64,000 nucleotides of DNA from an uncultured candidatus Porisulfidus sp. (GTDB lineage: Bacteria; Pseudomonadota; Gammaproteobacteria; Poriferisulfidales; Poriferisulfidaceae), in NCBI GenBank assembly GCA_958431155.1, contig OY288106.1:317937-381936 (forward strand), in the 5' to 3' direction. Positions 39,891 through 50,801 of this stretch are shown here, piece after piece. The position numbers and the translations under genes were made by a program. Position 1 is the stretch's first letter. Each line of letters begins with the position of its first letter. The notes under the pieces were generated by a model. That model searched no databases. It saw only the letters and a program-made list of their open reading frames with translations, and was not told where the DNA came from.

Positions 39891-40811
39891 CGGACCGGGC
39901 AGTCTTCCGCTGCCATTATCCGCCATGCCAAAGCCTCCGGCAAAGCCGCGGGCTGGCGGCGTCTCGGCCTCGGGGTCGCGGGGGCGGCCGTGCTCGCCCA
40001 GATCGTCGCGGTGGCGTTCCATCAGGGTGCCCTGAACCGAGAACAGGCCCTGCTGAATTCGATTGACGGCACGTTGATCGCGCACGCAGCGGCAATGAAG
40101 GAGATGCACCGCGAGAGCCAGATCAACATCAACGCCCTGACTTCGCAGCTGGCGCGGCTGCAGTCGCGCATCGCGCGCCTGGACGCGCTGGGCGGCACGC
40201 TGGTGGAGCTCGCGCAGCTGGAGGGTCGCGCGGAGTTCGACTTCGGCTCGGAACCGGGCCTGGGCGGACGTACCGTTGCGTCTTCGGGTCTCGGGCCGAC
40301 CGCGACTGACCTGGGCGTCTCCATCGACGACTTGCACCGCCAGATCGAGGACCGAACGCTGTGGCTGGACGTCCTGGAAGACGTGATCCGGAACCGGCGC
40401 CTGGCGAGCGAGGTGTATCCCAGCAGCTGGCCCGTGCGTTCCGGCTGGGTTTCATCCTATTACGGTATGCGCCAGGACCCGTTCCATGGGCACACCGCCT
40501 TCCACCAGGGCATCGACTTGGCCGCCAGCAAGGGAACCGAGATCCGGTCGGCGGCGGGCGGCATGGTGGAGTTTGTAGGAACACGGGATGGATACGGCCT
40601 GACGGTGCATATCCGGCACGGGAACGGCTACCAGACCCGCTACGGCCATGCCAGCAAGTTGTTGGTGAAGTCCGGGCAGATGGTCGAGCGTGGTGAGAAA
40701 ATCGCCTTGGTCGGTTCGACCGGCCGTTCGACCGGGCCGCACTTGCACTTCGAAGTGCTGAAGAACGGAAAAACTGCCGACCCTCTGAAGTTCCTGTCTG
40801 CCCGCCGCTGA
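39870..40811 (+). CDS. M23-family metallo-endopeptidase with TM anchor and coiled coil
   Basis: FHQGIDLAA (HxxxD) and GPHLHFEV (HxH) motifs. The only Met upstream of the TM helix is at 39870. Confidence 0.85.
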   Translation: MVKKLLHRTGQSSAAIIRHAKASGKAAGWRRLGLGVAGAAVLAQIVAVAFHQGALNREQALLNSIDGTLIAHAAAMKEMHRESQININALTSQLARLQSRIARLDALGGTLVELAQLEGRAEFDFGSEPGLGGRTVASSGLGPTATDLGVSIDDLHRQIEDRTLWLDVLEDVIRNRRLASEVYPSSWPVRSGWVSSYYGMRQDPFHGHTAFHQGIDLAASKGTEIRSAAGGMVEFVGTRDGYGLTVHIRHGNGYQTRYGHASKLLVKSGQMVERGEKIALVGSTGRSTGPHLHFEVLKNGKTADPLKFLSARR

Positions 40812-40865
40812 AACCGCGCGCGGCTCGCACTTATAATTTTCCAATCGCTTACCGGCGATTCCAGT

Positions 40866-43601
40866 ATGTTTACTTCACTCGCCCGTAAATTTTTCGGCAG
40901 CCGCAACCAGAGGCTCCTCAAGCGCCATCGGCGGACGGTGTCGAAAATCAACGAGATGGAAGCCGCGTTGCAGGACGCGGACGACGCACAGTTGCGCGAA
41001 CGCGCCGACCAGTGCCGCGCCCGCCTCGCCGGGGGAGAGACGCTGGACGCCCTGCTGCCGGAGGTTTTCGCGCTGGTGCGCGAGGCGGCGCACCGGACGC
41101 TGGGCATGCGGCATTTCGACGTCCAGATGCTCGGCGGCATCGTGCTGCACGAAGGCGGCATCGCGGAGATGCGCACCGGCGAGGGAAAGACCCTGGTCGC
41201 GACTCTTCCGGCCTGCCTGCACGCACTGGCCGGCGAGAGCGTGCATGTGGTGACGGTCAACGACTACCTCGCCCGGCGTGATGCAGACTGGATGCGCCCG
41301 ATCTACGAGCAGCTCGGCCTGAACGTGGGCGTAATCGTGCAGGGGCTCGACGGTGGCCAGCGCCGTGAAGCCTATGGAGCCAGTGTGACCTATGGCACCA
41401 ACAACGAATTCGGCTTCGACTACCTGCGCGACAACATGGTGTTCCGGGCCGAGCACCGGGTCATGCGCGGGCAGGAATTCGCCATCGTCGACGAGGTGGA
41501 CTCGATCCTCATCGACGAGGCCCGCACGCCGCTGATCATCTCGGGGCCGTCCGAGGACCGCACCGACCTCTACCAGAAGATGAACCATATGGTCCAGCGC
41601 CTCCAGCTGCAGGAGGAGGAGGATGGGCCGGGTGACTACCGGATCGACGAGAAGGCGCGCCAGGCCTACCTGACCGAGGATGGCCACCACCGGGTCGAGG
41701 AACTGCTGTCCGACGAGAAGCTGATTCCACCGGGAGCCAGCCTGTACGAAGCCGGCAACATCCGCCTGCTGCATCACGTCAACGCCGCTCTGCGCGCGCG
41801 GACCCTGTTCCAGTGCGACCGCGACTACATCGTGTCGGAGGAGGGAAAGATCGTCATCATCGACGAGTTCACCGGCCGCAAGATGCCGGGACGGCGCTGG
41901 TCGGACGGGCTGCACCAGGCCGTCGAGGCCAAGGAGGGCGTGGCGGTCGAGACGGAAAACCAGACCGTGGCGTCCATCACCTTCCAGAACTACTTCCGGC
42001 TCTACTCCCGGTTGTCCGGCATGACCGGCACGGCCGACACTGAAGCGTTCGAATTCCAGCAGATCTACGGCCTGGAGGTGGTGGTCGTCCCGACCCATAT
42101 GCGGATGATCCGGGAAGACCTCGGAGACATGGTGTTCCTGACCGCCGGAGAGAAATACGAGGCGGTGGTGGAGGACATCCGGGATTGCGTGGGGCGCGGG
42201 CAGCCGGTGCTGGTCGGCACCACCTCGATCGCCAACTCCGAACTGCTGTCCGGGCTGCTGCAAAAGGCCGGGATCAAGCACCAGGTCCTGAATGCAAAAT
42301 TTCACGAACAGGAATCGCACATCATCGCCCAGGCCGGACGGCCCGGCACGGTCACCATCGCCACCAACATGGCCGGCCGCGGTACCGACATCGTGCTCGG
42401 CGGTGCGCTGGAGGCGTTGCCGGAGCCGGGGGCGTCCAAGCCAGGCGATAACGCCCAGGCCGAGTGGCAGGCCCGGCACGACCAGGTCGTGGCTGCGGGC
42501 GGACTGCACATCGTCGGCACCGAACGGCATGAGTCGCGGCGCGTCGACAACCAGCTGCGCGGCCGCTCGGGGCGCCAGGGCGACCCGGGTTCCAGCCGCT
42601 TCTACCTGTCGCTGGAGGACAGCCTGATCCGTATCTTTGCCTCGGAGCGGATGTCCGCCCTGATGCAGCGCCTGGGCATGAAGGAGGGCGAGGTGATCGA
42701 GCACCCCTGGGTCACCAAGGCGATCGGCAACGCCCAGCGCAAGGTGGAGGCGCGAAACTTCGATATTCGCAAGCACCTGCTGGAGTTCGACGACGTGATC
42801 AACGACCAGCGCACGCTGGTCTACGAGCAACGCAACCAGATCATGGAGTCCGAGGACCTGTCCGAGCACGCCGCATCGATCCGTATGGATGTCGTAGAGC
42901 GGGTCTACCGGGACTACATCCCGGCCGAGAGCATGGAAGAGCAATGGAACACCGAAGGGCTGGAACAGGCGCTGACCGAGACCTTCGGCCTGGTGGCCCC
43001 GGTGCGCGACTGGCTGGAGCGGGAACCGGAACTGAACGACGCGACGCTTGAGGAACGCATCCGGCAGTCCGTCGAGCAGAAACTGCACGACAAGGAGCAG
43101 GAGATTACGCCGGAGGCAATGCGCCACCTGGAGCGGGATTTGCTGTTGACGACCCTGGATCTGCACTGGAAAGAGCACCTGGCGATGATGGATCACCTGC
43201 GCCAGGGGATCGGCTTGCGCAGCTACGCGCAGAAGAACCCGAAACAGGAATACAAGCGCGAGGCCTTCGAACTGTTCCAGGCCATGATGGACCGCATCGA
43301 GAACGACTTCATCCGCCTGCTGTGCCTGCTGAGGCTGGGCTCCCCGGACGAACTGGATTCCCTGGAGAAGCCATCCACCGCGATGTCGGACCTGGACTAT
43401 CGGCATGCGTCGGGCGAGGAGGTCTCCCCGGTGCAGCGCCCGCAGCCCTCGCTGCAGGCCCAGGGGCCGTCCGCCAGTATCGCGCCGCCGCCGACGGTCC
43501 GCCGGGCCGCTTCCAAGGTCGGGCGTAACCAGCCTTGTCCGTGCGGATCCGGCAAGAAGTACAAGCATTGCTGCGGCGCGCAGACCCGGCGGGTGGCATG
43601 A
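40866..43601 (+). CDS. secA: Preprotein translocase ATPase SecA
   Basis: Full-length SecA with MRTGEGKT Walker [20 protein letters not shown], and the C-terminal zinc motif [14 protein letters not shown]. Confidence 0.98.
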   Translation: MFTSLARKFFGSRNQRLLKRHRRTVSKINEMEAALQDADDAQLRERADQCRARLAGGETLDALLPEVFALVREAAHRTLGMRHFDVQMLGGIVLHEGGIAEMRTGEGKTLVATLPACLHALAGESVHVVTVNDYLARRDADWMRPIYEQLGLNVGVIVQGLDGGQRREAYGASVTYGTNNEFGFDYLRDNMVFRAEHRVMRGQEFAIVDEVDSILIDEARTPLIISGPSEDRTDLYQKMNHMVQRLQLQEEEDGPGDYRIDEKARQAYLTEDGHHRVEELLSDEKLIPPGASLYEAGNIRLLHHVNAALRARTLFQCDRDYIVSEEGKIVIIDEFTGRKMPGRRWSDGLHQAVEAKEGVAVETENQTVASITFQNYFRLYSRLSGMTGTADTEAFEFQQIYGLEVVVVPTHMRMIREDLGDMVFLTAGEKYEAVVEDIRDCVGRGQPVLVGTTSIANSELLSGLLQKAGIKHQVLNAKFHEQESHIIAQAGRPGTVTIATNMAGRGTDIVLGGALEALPEPGASKPGDNAQAEWQARHDQVVAAGGLHIVGTERHESRRVDNQLRGRSGRQGDPGSSRFYLSLEDSLIRIFASERMSALMQRLGMKEGEVIEHPWVTKAIGNAQRKVEARNFDIRKHLLEFDDVINDQRTLVYEQRNQIMESEDLSEHAASIRMDVVERVYRDYIPAESMEEQWNTEGLEQALTETFGLVAPVRDWLEREPELNDATLEERIRQSVEQKLHDKEQEITPEAMRHLERDLLLTTLDLHWKEHLAMMDHLRQGIGLRSYAQKNPKQEYKREAFELFQAMMDRIENDFIRLLCLLRLGSPDELDSLEKPSTAMSDLDYRHASGEEVSPVQRPQPSLQAQGPSASIAPPPTVRRAASKVGRNQPCPCGSGKKYKHCCGAQTRRVA

Positions 43602-44791
43602 GTTGGCAGCCGGTCCCTGGGGTGCGCTTGGCGGCCGCCAGCGCGAGCCTGTACGCTGGGGAGCGGCTGGACCTGGCGGTACTGGAGCTGGCGCCCGGGA
43701 CGGAATCGGCCTGCGTGTTCACGACCAATCGATTTTGCGCGGCGCCTGTCGAGATCGCGCGCGAACATCTGGGGATACGTTCCCCTCGGCTGTTGCTGAT
43801 CAACGCCGGTTGCGCCAACGCCGGGCTGGGCGAGCAGGGCCTGTACGACGCCCGGCAGTGTTGCATGGCAGCCGCGGAGGTGTTCGCGATTGATCCGCAC
43901 GAGGTCCTGCCGTTTTCGACCGGGGTGATCGGCGAGAAGCTGGACGTGGGAAAGATTGAGGCGGCATTGCCGCAGTTGCGACAGGCGCTGTCCGCCGACG
44001 GCTGGCCGGAAGCGGCGCAGGCAATCCTGACGACCGATACTCGGGTCAAGCTGGAGGGCTGCCGGATGAAGGGTGGCGGGAAGGATCTCCACGTCACCGG
44101 AATGGCCAAGGGCGCGGGCATGATCTGCCCGGACATGGCGACCATGCTGGCCTTCGTCGCAACCGACTTGGCGGTGGACGCGGCGGTCCTGGAGCAGGTG
44201 CTCGAACGTGCGCTCGAGACGTCCTTCCACGCGATCACCGTGGAGGGCGACACCTCCACCAACGACGCGTGCGTACTGGTGGCGACCGGCGCCAGCGGCG
44301 TGGCGCTTTCGGACCTGAGCGATTCGGAGGTTCAGGCCTGGGAGCAGGCTGTCTTCGACACCTGCGAGACGCTGGCCCAGGCCATCGTGCGGGATGCCGA
44401 GGGTGCGACCCGGTTCATCACGATCGAAGTCGAGCAGGCGGCAACCCCGGAACAGGCACAGGCAGTGGCGCGTGCAGTGGCGCATTCGCCTCTGGTCAAG
44501 ACGGCGGCGTTCGCCGGCGATCCCAACTGGGGCCGGATCCTGGCCGCCGTCGGGCGCAGCGTCGGAGACCTGTCGCGCATGGACCGGATCGGGGTCTGCC
44601 TGGACGATGTGCCGGTGGTGGCGGGTGGCGCCGTGGCCGAGGACTACCGGGAGGAGCAAGGTCTCGCGGTCATGGAACGCGAGGAATTCACCATCCGCGT
44701 GAATCTGGGCCTCGGCGAGTCGCAGACCCGCCTCTATACGTGCGACCTGTCCTACGATTACGTGAAGATCAACGCCGAATACCGGACCTGA
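43598..44791 (+). CDS. argJ: Bifunctional ornithine acetyltransferase / N-acetylglutamate synthase
   Basis: [10 protein letters not shown] and the autoprocessing site region [17 protein letters not shown] overlap with secA. Confidence 0.95.
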   Translation: MSWQPVPGVRLAAASASLYAGERLDLAVLELAPGTESACVFTTNRFCAAPVEIAREHLGIRSPRLLLINAGCANAGLGEQGLYDARQCCMAAAEVFAIDPHEVLPFSTGVIGEKLDVGKIEAALPQLRQALSADGWPEAAQAILTTDTRVKLEGCRMKGGGKDLHVTGMAKGAGMICPDMATMLAFVATDLAVDAAVLEQVLERALETSFHAITVEGDTSTNDACVLVATGASGVALSDLSDSEVQAWEQAVFDTCETLAQAIVRDAEGATRFITIEVEQAATPEQAQAVARAVAHSPLVKTAAFAGDPNWGRILAAVGRSVGDLSRMDRIGVCLDDVPVVAGGAVAEDYREEQGLAVMEREEFTIRVNLGLGESQTRLYTCDLSYDYVKINAEYRT

Positions 44792-44795
44792 CCCC

Positions 44796-45743
44796 ATGGC
44801 TGAGACTCCCATGGCGGTGGTCGCGGGAGCCGTGCTCAGTACGGATGAGGGGGTGCCGAAAGTATTGCTGGCGAAGCGGCCCACGTCTGCGCATCAGGGC
44901 GGCAAATGGGAATTTCCGGGCGGCAAGAGGATGATGGGTGAAAGCCCGACACAGACCTTGGTGCGGGAACTGGAAGAGGAAATCGGCATCCGGGCGAAAG
45001 CCTGGCGGCGGCTGATCCGCTTTCCTTATGCCTATCCCGAATTCACCATGGATTTCGAGGTGTTCCGGGTGACGGCCTGGGACGGGATGGCCAGCGGGTG
45101 CGAGGGCCAGGAGGTGCGCTGGGTGCCGTTATCGGAACTGCGGCAGTGGACCACGCCGCCGGCAAGCCTCCCGGTGATCCGTGCGCTTCAACTGCCCCCG
45201 CAGTACGCGATCAGCGCAGATCCGGCAGGCGACATAAGCCGTTGGAAGGCCGACCTGTCGGCGACGCTGGAATATGGCGCGCAGTTGATTCAACTGCGTG
45301 CGCATTCGCTTTCGGGCCCGGCATACGAACGGCTCGCGCAGGAGGTGATCGAACAGATTCATGCCGCGGGTGCACGGGTTGTGCTGAACGGCGAGCCCGA
45401 ACAGGCGGCCCGGTGGGGGGCGGACGGGGTTCACCTTGCGAGTGCACGCCTTATGCCGCTGACCTCCCGCCCGCTGCCGGAGGATCTTCTCGTGGGCGCA
45501 TCCTGCCACAACCCGCAGGAGTTGGATCAGGCGGTCCGGATCGACGTGGATTTCGCAGTGCTGTCGCCGCTGCGCGATTCGCCGCGGGCACTGGGTTGGG
45601 ACGGTTTCGCGTCGATGATCGCCGATGCAGCATTGCCGATATACGCGCTCGGGGGAATGAGCCTGAAGGATCAGGATGCGGCCGTCGAATCCGGCGCACA
45701 GGGAATCGCCGCGATCCGCGGTCTGTGGGGACCGGTCAGCTGA
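44796..45743 (+). CDS. mutT: Nudix (MutT-type 8-oxo-dGTPase) fused to a thiamine-phosphate-synthase/TenI-like domain
   Basis: Nudix box GKWEFPGGKRMMGESPTQTLVRELEEEIGI. The C-terminal half is a TIM-barrel-like ThiE/TenI pattern (IQLR...GADGVHL...ALGGM). Confidence 0.85.
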   Translation: MAETPMAVVAGAVLSTDEGVPKVLLAKRPTSAHQGGKWEFPGGKRMMGESPTQTLVRELEEEIGIRAKAWRRLIRFPYAYPEFTMDFEVFRVTAWDGMASGCEGQEVRWVPLSELRQWTTPPASLPVIRALQLPPQYAISADPAGDISRWKADLSATLEYGAQLIQLRAHSLSGPAYERLAQEVIEQIHAAGARVVLNGEPEQAARWGADGVHLASARLMPLTSRPLPEDLLVGASCHNPQELDQAVRIDVDFAVLSPLRDSPRALGWDGFASMIADAALPIYALGGMSLKDQDAAVESGAQGIAAIRGLWGPVS

Positions 45744-46035
45744 ACAGAACGCCGATGAAGAAAGTGGTCAGGTAGATGAGAATCAGGCCCAGCATGGAGA
45801 GCAGGCACAGCAGGGTCACCAGGTGATGCGGAGGCCGACGGCCGACCAGTACGCCGGCGACGGCAACAATGAACGAAGCCAGTGCCAGGCTCTGTACGCA
45901 GCCTGTCTGGCAACTGCGTGCCTCGAAAGGTCCCCCGAGAAGGTTGAAACCCAATGCCACGGCTAGTCCCCAACTGACGGCCGTGGCCAGTACGGTCCAG
46001 GGCGAGATGGCAGCGTAGTAGCGGGAGCCTTTCAT
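45736..46035 (-). CDS. Small hydrophobic protein (about 3 TM helices), unknown function
   Basis: 99-aa ORF with GC-rich third positions and hydrophobic segments. No recognisable family. Confidence 0.45.
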   Translation of the reverse strand: MKGSRYYAAISPWTVLATAVSWGLAVALGFNLLGGPFEARSCQTGCVQSLALASFIVAVAGVLVGRRPPHHLVTLLCLLSMLGLILIYLTTFFIGVLFS

Positions 46036-46102
46036 GCCGTTATTCTAACTAATCAGCATTGCTAGGACACGGAGTATGATGGGCGGGAGGGGAGTGTGCC
46101 AC

Positions 46103-46513
46103 ATGTTCCGTTCCGCGGTCGAAGCCGAAGACGCTTTCTACGAGGCCTTCGCCCAGCAGGATGTCGGGGCCATGATGCAGGTGTGGGCGACGGACCGCTC
46201 CATATTCTGCATCCATCCCGGGGGCCACCTGTTGACCGGGCGTGAGGAGGTGGAGGAGAGCTGGAAACAGATCTTTCAGGCGGAAGTGCCGTTTCATTTC
46301 GAGCGGGAATACCATTACCGGGACGAGTTTGCCGCTCAGTTCGCCATCAGCCATCTGACGGAAACCCTGTACCTTCAGCACCATGTCGTCGGCATCGTGT
46401 TGGCGACCAACATCTACTGCGGCACGGACGAAGGCTGGCGCATGATCATGCACCACGCCTCGCCCCCGTCCGGCTCGGATGCGCCGGAGTCGGCGACGCC
46501 CGTCCTGCACTAA
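46103..46513 (+). CDS. SnoaL/NTF2-like fold protein
   Basis: AEDAFYEAFAQQDVGAMMQVWA...GWRMIMHHAS is typical of the DUF4440/SnoaL-like family. An SD-like GGAGGGGAG precedes the ATG at 46103. Confidence 0.6.
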   Translation: MFRSAVEAEDAFYEAFAQQDVGAMMQVWATDRSIFCIHPGGHLLTGREEVEESWKQIFQAEVPFHFEREYHYRDEFAAQFAISHLTETLYLQHHVVGIVLATNIYCGTDEGWRMIMHHASPPSGSDAPESATPVLH

Positions 46514-47679
46514 GGGAGCTTGCCCAGGGACTGCAGCCCTTTCCGGTAGTATGCCTGTGCGGCTTCGCCTTGGCCCATTCGCTCCAAGGTCTCCGCCAGT
46601 TCCCGGTACAGCAGGGCGTCCCCGCCGCGTTTCTCGAGGGCCTCCAGTTGCTCGCGAGCCTCGGCGTGCTGCCCGAGGCGGCTGTACAGCCGCGCCAGGG
46701 CGCGCTTCAGCGAGATCCGCTCCGGGTCCCGCGCCAGCCATTTCCTGACCTTCTCCACCATGTTCGGAGTAATCGGGTTCGGCAGCAGGCCGTACAGTTC
46801 GACTGCCGTGTCGTCGAGGTTGGCGTCCAGCAGTTTGCGCAGGTGCGGTTCCAGTTCCGGGTGCGACAGCCCGCAGCGCTGAAGCCGTCCGATGTAGTGG
46901 CGCAGGACTTCCGGATCGTCGCGCGCATCCCCGAGCTTCGGCCAAAGGGACTTCAATTCCGACTCTTCAGTGTCCTCGCACAGGCGATGGGTGGCATCGC
47001 GCAGCCACTGGCGGGTTTCGTCCGGCGGCAGATTCGCAAGCTGTACCTGCTCTCGCCCCAGTTCGAACAACCGCTCCCAGCTGTTCAGTTCCCGGTAGCA
47101 ACGGGCCAACTGGCGCAGGATCCGGGGACTTTTCGGGTTGTTGCCTGCCAGAACCTGTAGGACGGCCAAGGCTTCTTCCCATTCTCCCGCGGCAACCAGG
47201 CCGTCCGCCTTGAGCGAGATGCTGGCCGCCTGATGGTCGGGGTCGGCGACGGCGCGCAGGTGTGCATTCCAGCCATCCCGGTCGTTGGCTTTAATGCAGA
47301 CCGAAGCGGCCAGAAGATGAAACAGCGATTGCTTGGGTGCCATCTTCGCCGCCTGCTCCAGATCATGCCGCGCAGCGTCCAGCTGGCCTTCCAGCATGTT
47401 GCGCAGCCCTTGTGCGAGAAGGAAATCCGCACGTTCGCGGCGGCGGTGCCGATGCCGTTTCCGAAGGCGCTGCGGCGTCTCCAGCGTTCGCGACAGCAGT
47501 CCCACCAGCACGAAAATCCCGAACATAATCCCGATGCTGACCAGCAAGGCCATCAGGAGAGAAGCCCGGACCGTGAAGTCGGCCACATGCACGATGACTT
47601 CACCTCCTTGGGTCTGGACAGTCCAGGCCGTCAGGCTCGTCACCAGCAGCGCCACGAAGATCAGCACCAGGATCTTCAT
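46510..47679 (-). CDS. hemY: HemY-type protein (two N-terminal TM helices plus TPR)
   Basis: Its position after hemX, the N-terminal membrane anchor and the C-terminal TPR repeats. Confidence 0.85.
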   Translation of the reverse strand: MKILVLIFVALLVTSLTAWTVQTQGGEVIVHVADFTVRASLLMALLVSIGIMFGIFVLVGLLSRTLETPQRLRKRHRHRRRERADFLLAQGLRNMLEGQLDAARHDLEQAAKMAPKQSLFHLLAASVCIKANDRDGWNAHLRAVADPDHQAASISLKADGLVAAGEWEEALAVLQVLAGNNPKSPRILRQLARCYRELNSWERLFELGREQVQLANLPPDETRQWLRDATHRLCEDTEESELKSLWPKLGDARDDPEVLRHYIGRLQRCGLSHPELEPHLRKLLDANLDDTAVELYGLLPNPITPNMVEKVRKWLARDPERISLKRALARLYSRLGQHAEAREQLEALEKRGGDALLYRELAETLERMGQGEAAQAYYRKGLQSLGKLP

Positions 47680-48653
47680 TGATTCGGTGGTAGCGTCCGG
47701 GTCAGTTGTTCGAAATCAATGGAGGGCGGGAAGGGGTTCTGCTCCCGCAGCGCCTCCAGGTCGTGCTTCAGCGCCGGATAGCTGTCCTCAAGCGCCGGCT
47801 GCGAAAGCAGGGCCAAAACATGCTCCAGGGATTGCGTGTAGGCATCGGAGCGATGGGACTGCAAGGCCAGACGAGCCAGATACAGCTCGGTTTGTGTGGC
47901 GTACAGGATCAGGATGTGCTGGTAGGCTGAAATGGTCTGCACCGCCTGCGGGGCACCTTGCTGCACCTCAAGGTGCTCGTCGAACTGCTCGACGATGGAA
48001 TCCCAGATCCGGCTCCAGCCGCCGGTGGCCAAGGTCTGGTTCTGGCGCTCGACCGCCGTCTGCAACTGCCCGATCTTCTCGCTCAGCACGAGCCAGCTTC
48101 CGGTCAGGATGCGATGCGCATGCTCCGCCTCCTCGCCCCGGTAGCCTTCCAGGGTTGTAATTGCTTGATCCACCTGCTGGATCAGGGTGTGGTAGTGGAC
48201 CGGATCCAGGGTGTCCAGCACTTGACGGGCTTGGCGCAGGGCGCTCAGTGTGCCGAGGGAGTCTTGAAGATAATGCTGCTTGTACTGCGCGATCTGCAGC
48301 AGGAAGGAAAGCTCCTCGACCGGATATTGGCGCGGGTCGGGGGCAATCGAAATCGGGGCCAGTTTCTGCTGTAGCAGGGTCTCGTAGGTCGTGTAACGGA
48401 TCCGAAGTTCTTCTAGGAACTGGTCCACCAGAGCCTGGGTCCGGTGCTGCTCCTCGGACAGGCCGGCCAGGCGCCGGTCGACTTCCATCAGTGCCTGGTG
48501 CGCTGACTGGTGGGTTTCGAGCTGGCGGTCGCGCAGCTCAAGGAAACGGGTCTGCGTGTCGGTCCACAGCATGTACAGCAGGGCTCCAACCGCAATCAGG
48601 CCCAGCCAGCCGATCACGGTCAATGCAACGCCCAGTCGCGTGGCGCGGCTCAT
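47676..48653 (-). CDS. hemX: HemX-type membrane protein
   Basis: N-terminal TM helix and a long coiled-coil periplasmic region, located between hemD and hemY. Confidence 0.8.
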   Translation of the reverse strand: MSRATRLGVALTVIGWLGLIAVGALLYMLWTDTQTRFLELRDRQLETHQSAHQALMEVDRRLAGLSEEQHRTQALVDQFLEELRIRYTTYETLLQQKLAPISIAPDPRQYPVEELSFLLQIAQYKQHYLQDSLGTLSALRQARQVLDTLDPVHYHTLIQQVDQAITTLEGYRGEEAEHAHRILTGSWLVLSEKIGQLQTAVERQNQTLATGGWSRIWDSIVEQFDEHLEVQQGAPQAVQTISAYQHILILYATQTELYLARLALQSHRSDAYTQSLEHVLALLSQPALEDSYPALKHDLEALREQNPFPPSIDFEQLTRTLPPNQ

Positions 48654-49426
48654 GCGTTTGGCGGCAAGGCCGCGAAGTAACAGGTCAAGGCATCGATCAT
48701 GGCGTCGTCCCCAGGATTTTCGGCCACTCCGGCAGGGGCAGCGTAGCCAAGTTTACGACAGGCCTCGGCGATCCGCGTGTTGCCGGCGATGAGTGCGCTC
48801 CGCCGAAGTGCGGCTTCCTCTTCCGACATGACGCACCGCAGAAGGTTTTCGGCGATCTCGGCACTGGTGATACAGGTTGCCTCCGGAGGGCCGCCGGGCA
48901 TTTTCTCAAGGGACAATCTCTCGATCGGCGGGTCGCGGCGATAGACTTCCAGATATCGCACCTCTGCGCCGCGCCGTCCCAGTTCTTCGGCCAGCATCTC
49001 TCGCCCACTCTGCCCTCGGACGATGACGACCTGCCGGTGCTTCAGACTCTGCAGCATGGGCGAAGACAACAGTGCCTCGCTGTTGTACGGGGGAGGGGCC
49101 ACGACGTCGGGCTCTAGGCCGACCTGCAGGAGGGCCTGGGTTGTGGCCGGGCCGATGGCGGCGATCCCGGAAGCATGGCGGACGACATGCACGAGCGGGT
49201 CGGGACCCGCCATCAGGCCTCGCACCGCGTTGCCGCTCACGAAGATGACGAATGTTGCCTGCTCGACCAAGACCCGGGCTGTCGAATCCGGTGGCGTCAG
49301 GGTGATTCGGATGGCGGGGAAGTGGCTGATTTCCGCACCTTGTGCGCGCAGGCGTGCGGCCAAAGACTCGACTTGCCCTTCAGGCCGGGTCAGCAGGATT
49401 CGACGGCCTGAGAGTGCATTGCTCAT
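48650..49426 (-). CDS. hemD: Uroporphyrinogen-III synthase
   Basis: RILLTRPEGQ...L..G fold pattern. The ATG at 49426 overlaps the hemC stop (ATGA). Confidence 0.88.
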   Translation of the reverse strand: MSNALSGRRILLTRPEGQVESLAARLRAQGAEISHFPAIRITLTPPDSTARVLVEQATFVIFVSGNAVRGLMAGPDPLVHVVRHASGIAAIGPATTQALLQVGLEPDVVAPPPYNSEALLSSPMLQSLKHRQVVIVRGQSGREMLAEELGRRGAEVRYLEVYRRDPPIERLSLEKMPGGPPEATCITSAEIAENLLRCVMSEEEAALRRSALIAGNTRIAEACRKLGYAAPAGVAENPGDDAMIDALTCYFAALPPNA

Positions 49427-50352
49427 GCGTAGCCTTCGACTCCCAGTTCGGCCAAGATGTCCGCGCCGCCTTGTTCCAGCAGTTGTTTTGCGGCCATCGC
49501 GCCGGCGATCCTGGGTTCTCCTTCGGCCGCCGCACGCAGGATCAGGCTGCCGTCCGGACGAGCTAGACAGGCGTGCAGCTGGACCTCTTGGGCGCCGGTA
49601 CAGACAGCATGAGCTGCCAAGGGAATCTGGCAACTGCCGGACAAGGCGCGACTGACCATGCGCTCCGCGGTCACGGCGGTGGCGGTCGCGTCGTCGTGCA
49701 ATGTGGCGACCCAGGTACGGGCGTGCGGGTGATCTTCGGCGATCTCGATGCCGAGCGCGCCCTGGCCGATGGCGGGCAGACATTCTTCAGGTTCCAGGGT
49801 CTGGGTGATCTGCCTGTCCAGGCCTAGGCGCTGCAGGCCCGCACGGGCCAGCACGACGGCTTCGAAATCTCCATCCTGCAGCCGCTTCAGGCGGGTCCCG
49901 ACATTACCCCGAAGATCCAGAAATTGAAGTTCCGGGAACCGCGCCTGCAACTGCGCTTTGCGCCGCAGGCTCGACGTTCCCACCCGGCTGCCCGCGGGCA
50001 GCGCCCCAAGTGTTTTGTGGCGGGGGGCGATGACGCCGTCCCGGGGATCGGCGCGGGAGCAGATCGCGGCCAGCGTAAGGCCGGCCGGAAGGTCTGCCGG
50101 TACATCCTTCATCGAATGAACTGCCAGGTCGGCGTCGCCGGACAACAGGCGCTGCTCAAGTTCCTTGACGAACAGGCCCTTGCCGCCGATGGCAGCCAAT
50201 GGGTGGTCCAGCATCTGGTCGCCTTCGGTCTGCACACGCAGCAGTTCCGTGCTCAGGCCCGGTTTCCGGGCCAGCGCATCAGCCACCAGTTCGGCCTGCC
50301 GGATCGCGAGCGGGCTGCGGCGGGTGGCAATGCGGCAGAGGGGCTGGTTCAT
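49423..50352 (-). CDS. hemC: Hydroxymethylbilane synthase (porphobilinogen deaminase)
   Basis: RIATRRSPLAIRQAE, GTSSLRR, and the cofactor Cys region (ALSGSCQIPLA). Confidence 0.97.
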   Translation of the reverse strand: MNQPLCRIATRRSPLAIRQAELVADALARKPGLSTELLRVQTEGDQMLDHPLAAIGGKGLFVKELEQRLLSGDADLAVHSMKDVPADLPAGLTLAAICSRADPRDGVIAPRHKTLGALPAGSRVGTSSLRRKAQLQARFPELQFLDLRGNVGTRLKRLQDGDFEAVVLARAGLQRLGLDRQITQTLEPEECLPAIGQGALGIEIAEDHPHARTWVATLHDDATATAVTAERMVSRALSGSCQIPLAAHAVCTGAQEVQLHACLARPDGSLILRAAAEGEPRIAGAMAAKQLLEQGGADILAELGVEGYA

Positions 50353-50762
50353 GGGGTGCGAGGTATCAACTGGATGGGTCGCTCTTCGGGTGCGTAGCAG
50401 CGGTCGCTGACGAAAGCGATGTCCCAGCTGCCGCCTTGCCGTCGGCGATATTGGACCTGTTTCAGGTCGGGCAGGGAAGTGCAGGTCAGGGCCAGTGCGG
50501 TGGCGGCCAGCGAATCATCGCCGCGCTGCAGTGCCTGCGGGATCAGGCTCGCGGCCAACTGCGCCCGCTTGAGCGAATCCGGACGGTCGTAGCGCACGCC
50601 GTCCACATCGAACCCCTCCCGCAACTTTTTCTCCAGCCGCGAAACCGCTTCGCGCTGGGCCGGAGCCATGACGACGGTTCGATCCCAATACAACTCCAGA
50701 CCACCATCAATCAGCACGGCGACCTTGTCCTCAAAGGATGTCGGCGAATTGGTTTTTTTCAT
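50349..50762 (-). CDS. Hypothetical 137-aa protein translationally coupled to hemC
   Basis: High-GC codon usage like the core genes. ATGA overlap with the hemC start. No recognisable motif. Confidence 0.55.
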   Translation of the reverse strand: MKKTNSPTSFEDKVAVLIDGGLELYWDRTVVMAPAQREAVSRLEKKLREGFDVDGVRYDRPDSLKRAQLAASLIPQALQRGDDSLAATALALTCTSLPDLKQVQYRRRQGGSWDIAFVSDRCYAPEERPIQLIPRTP

Positions 50763-50801
50763 GGATTGCGGCGTTAGGCCCGACCTGCTTGGAGTGGGCA
50801 G

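Noticed and set aside
40875-43568. An 897-aa ORF antisense to secA, and similar long antisense or alternative-frame ORFs (e.g. 43397..44884, 28324..29574, 25916..27580, 23026..24795, 31735..33381, 23031..25955 upstream part)
   Set aside because: These are typical high-GC shadow frames. Their translations are Arg/Pro/Ala/Gly-rich low-complexity sequence with no motifs, while the opposite or alternative frame encodes a highly conserved protein with clear signatures.
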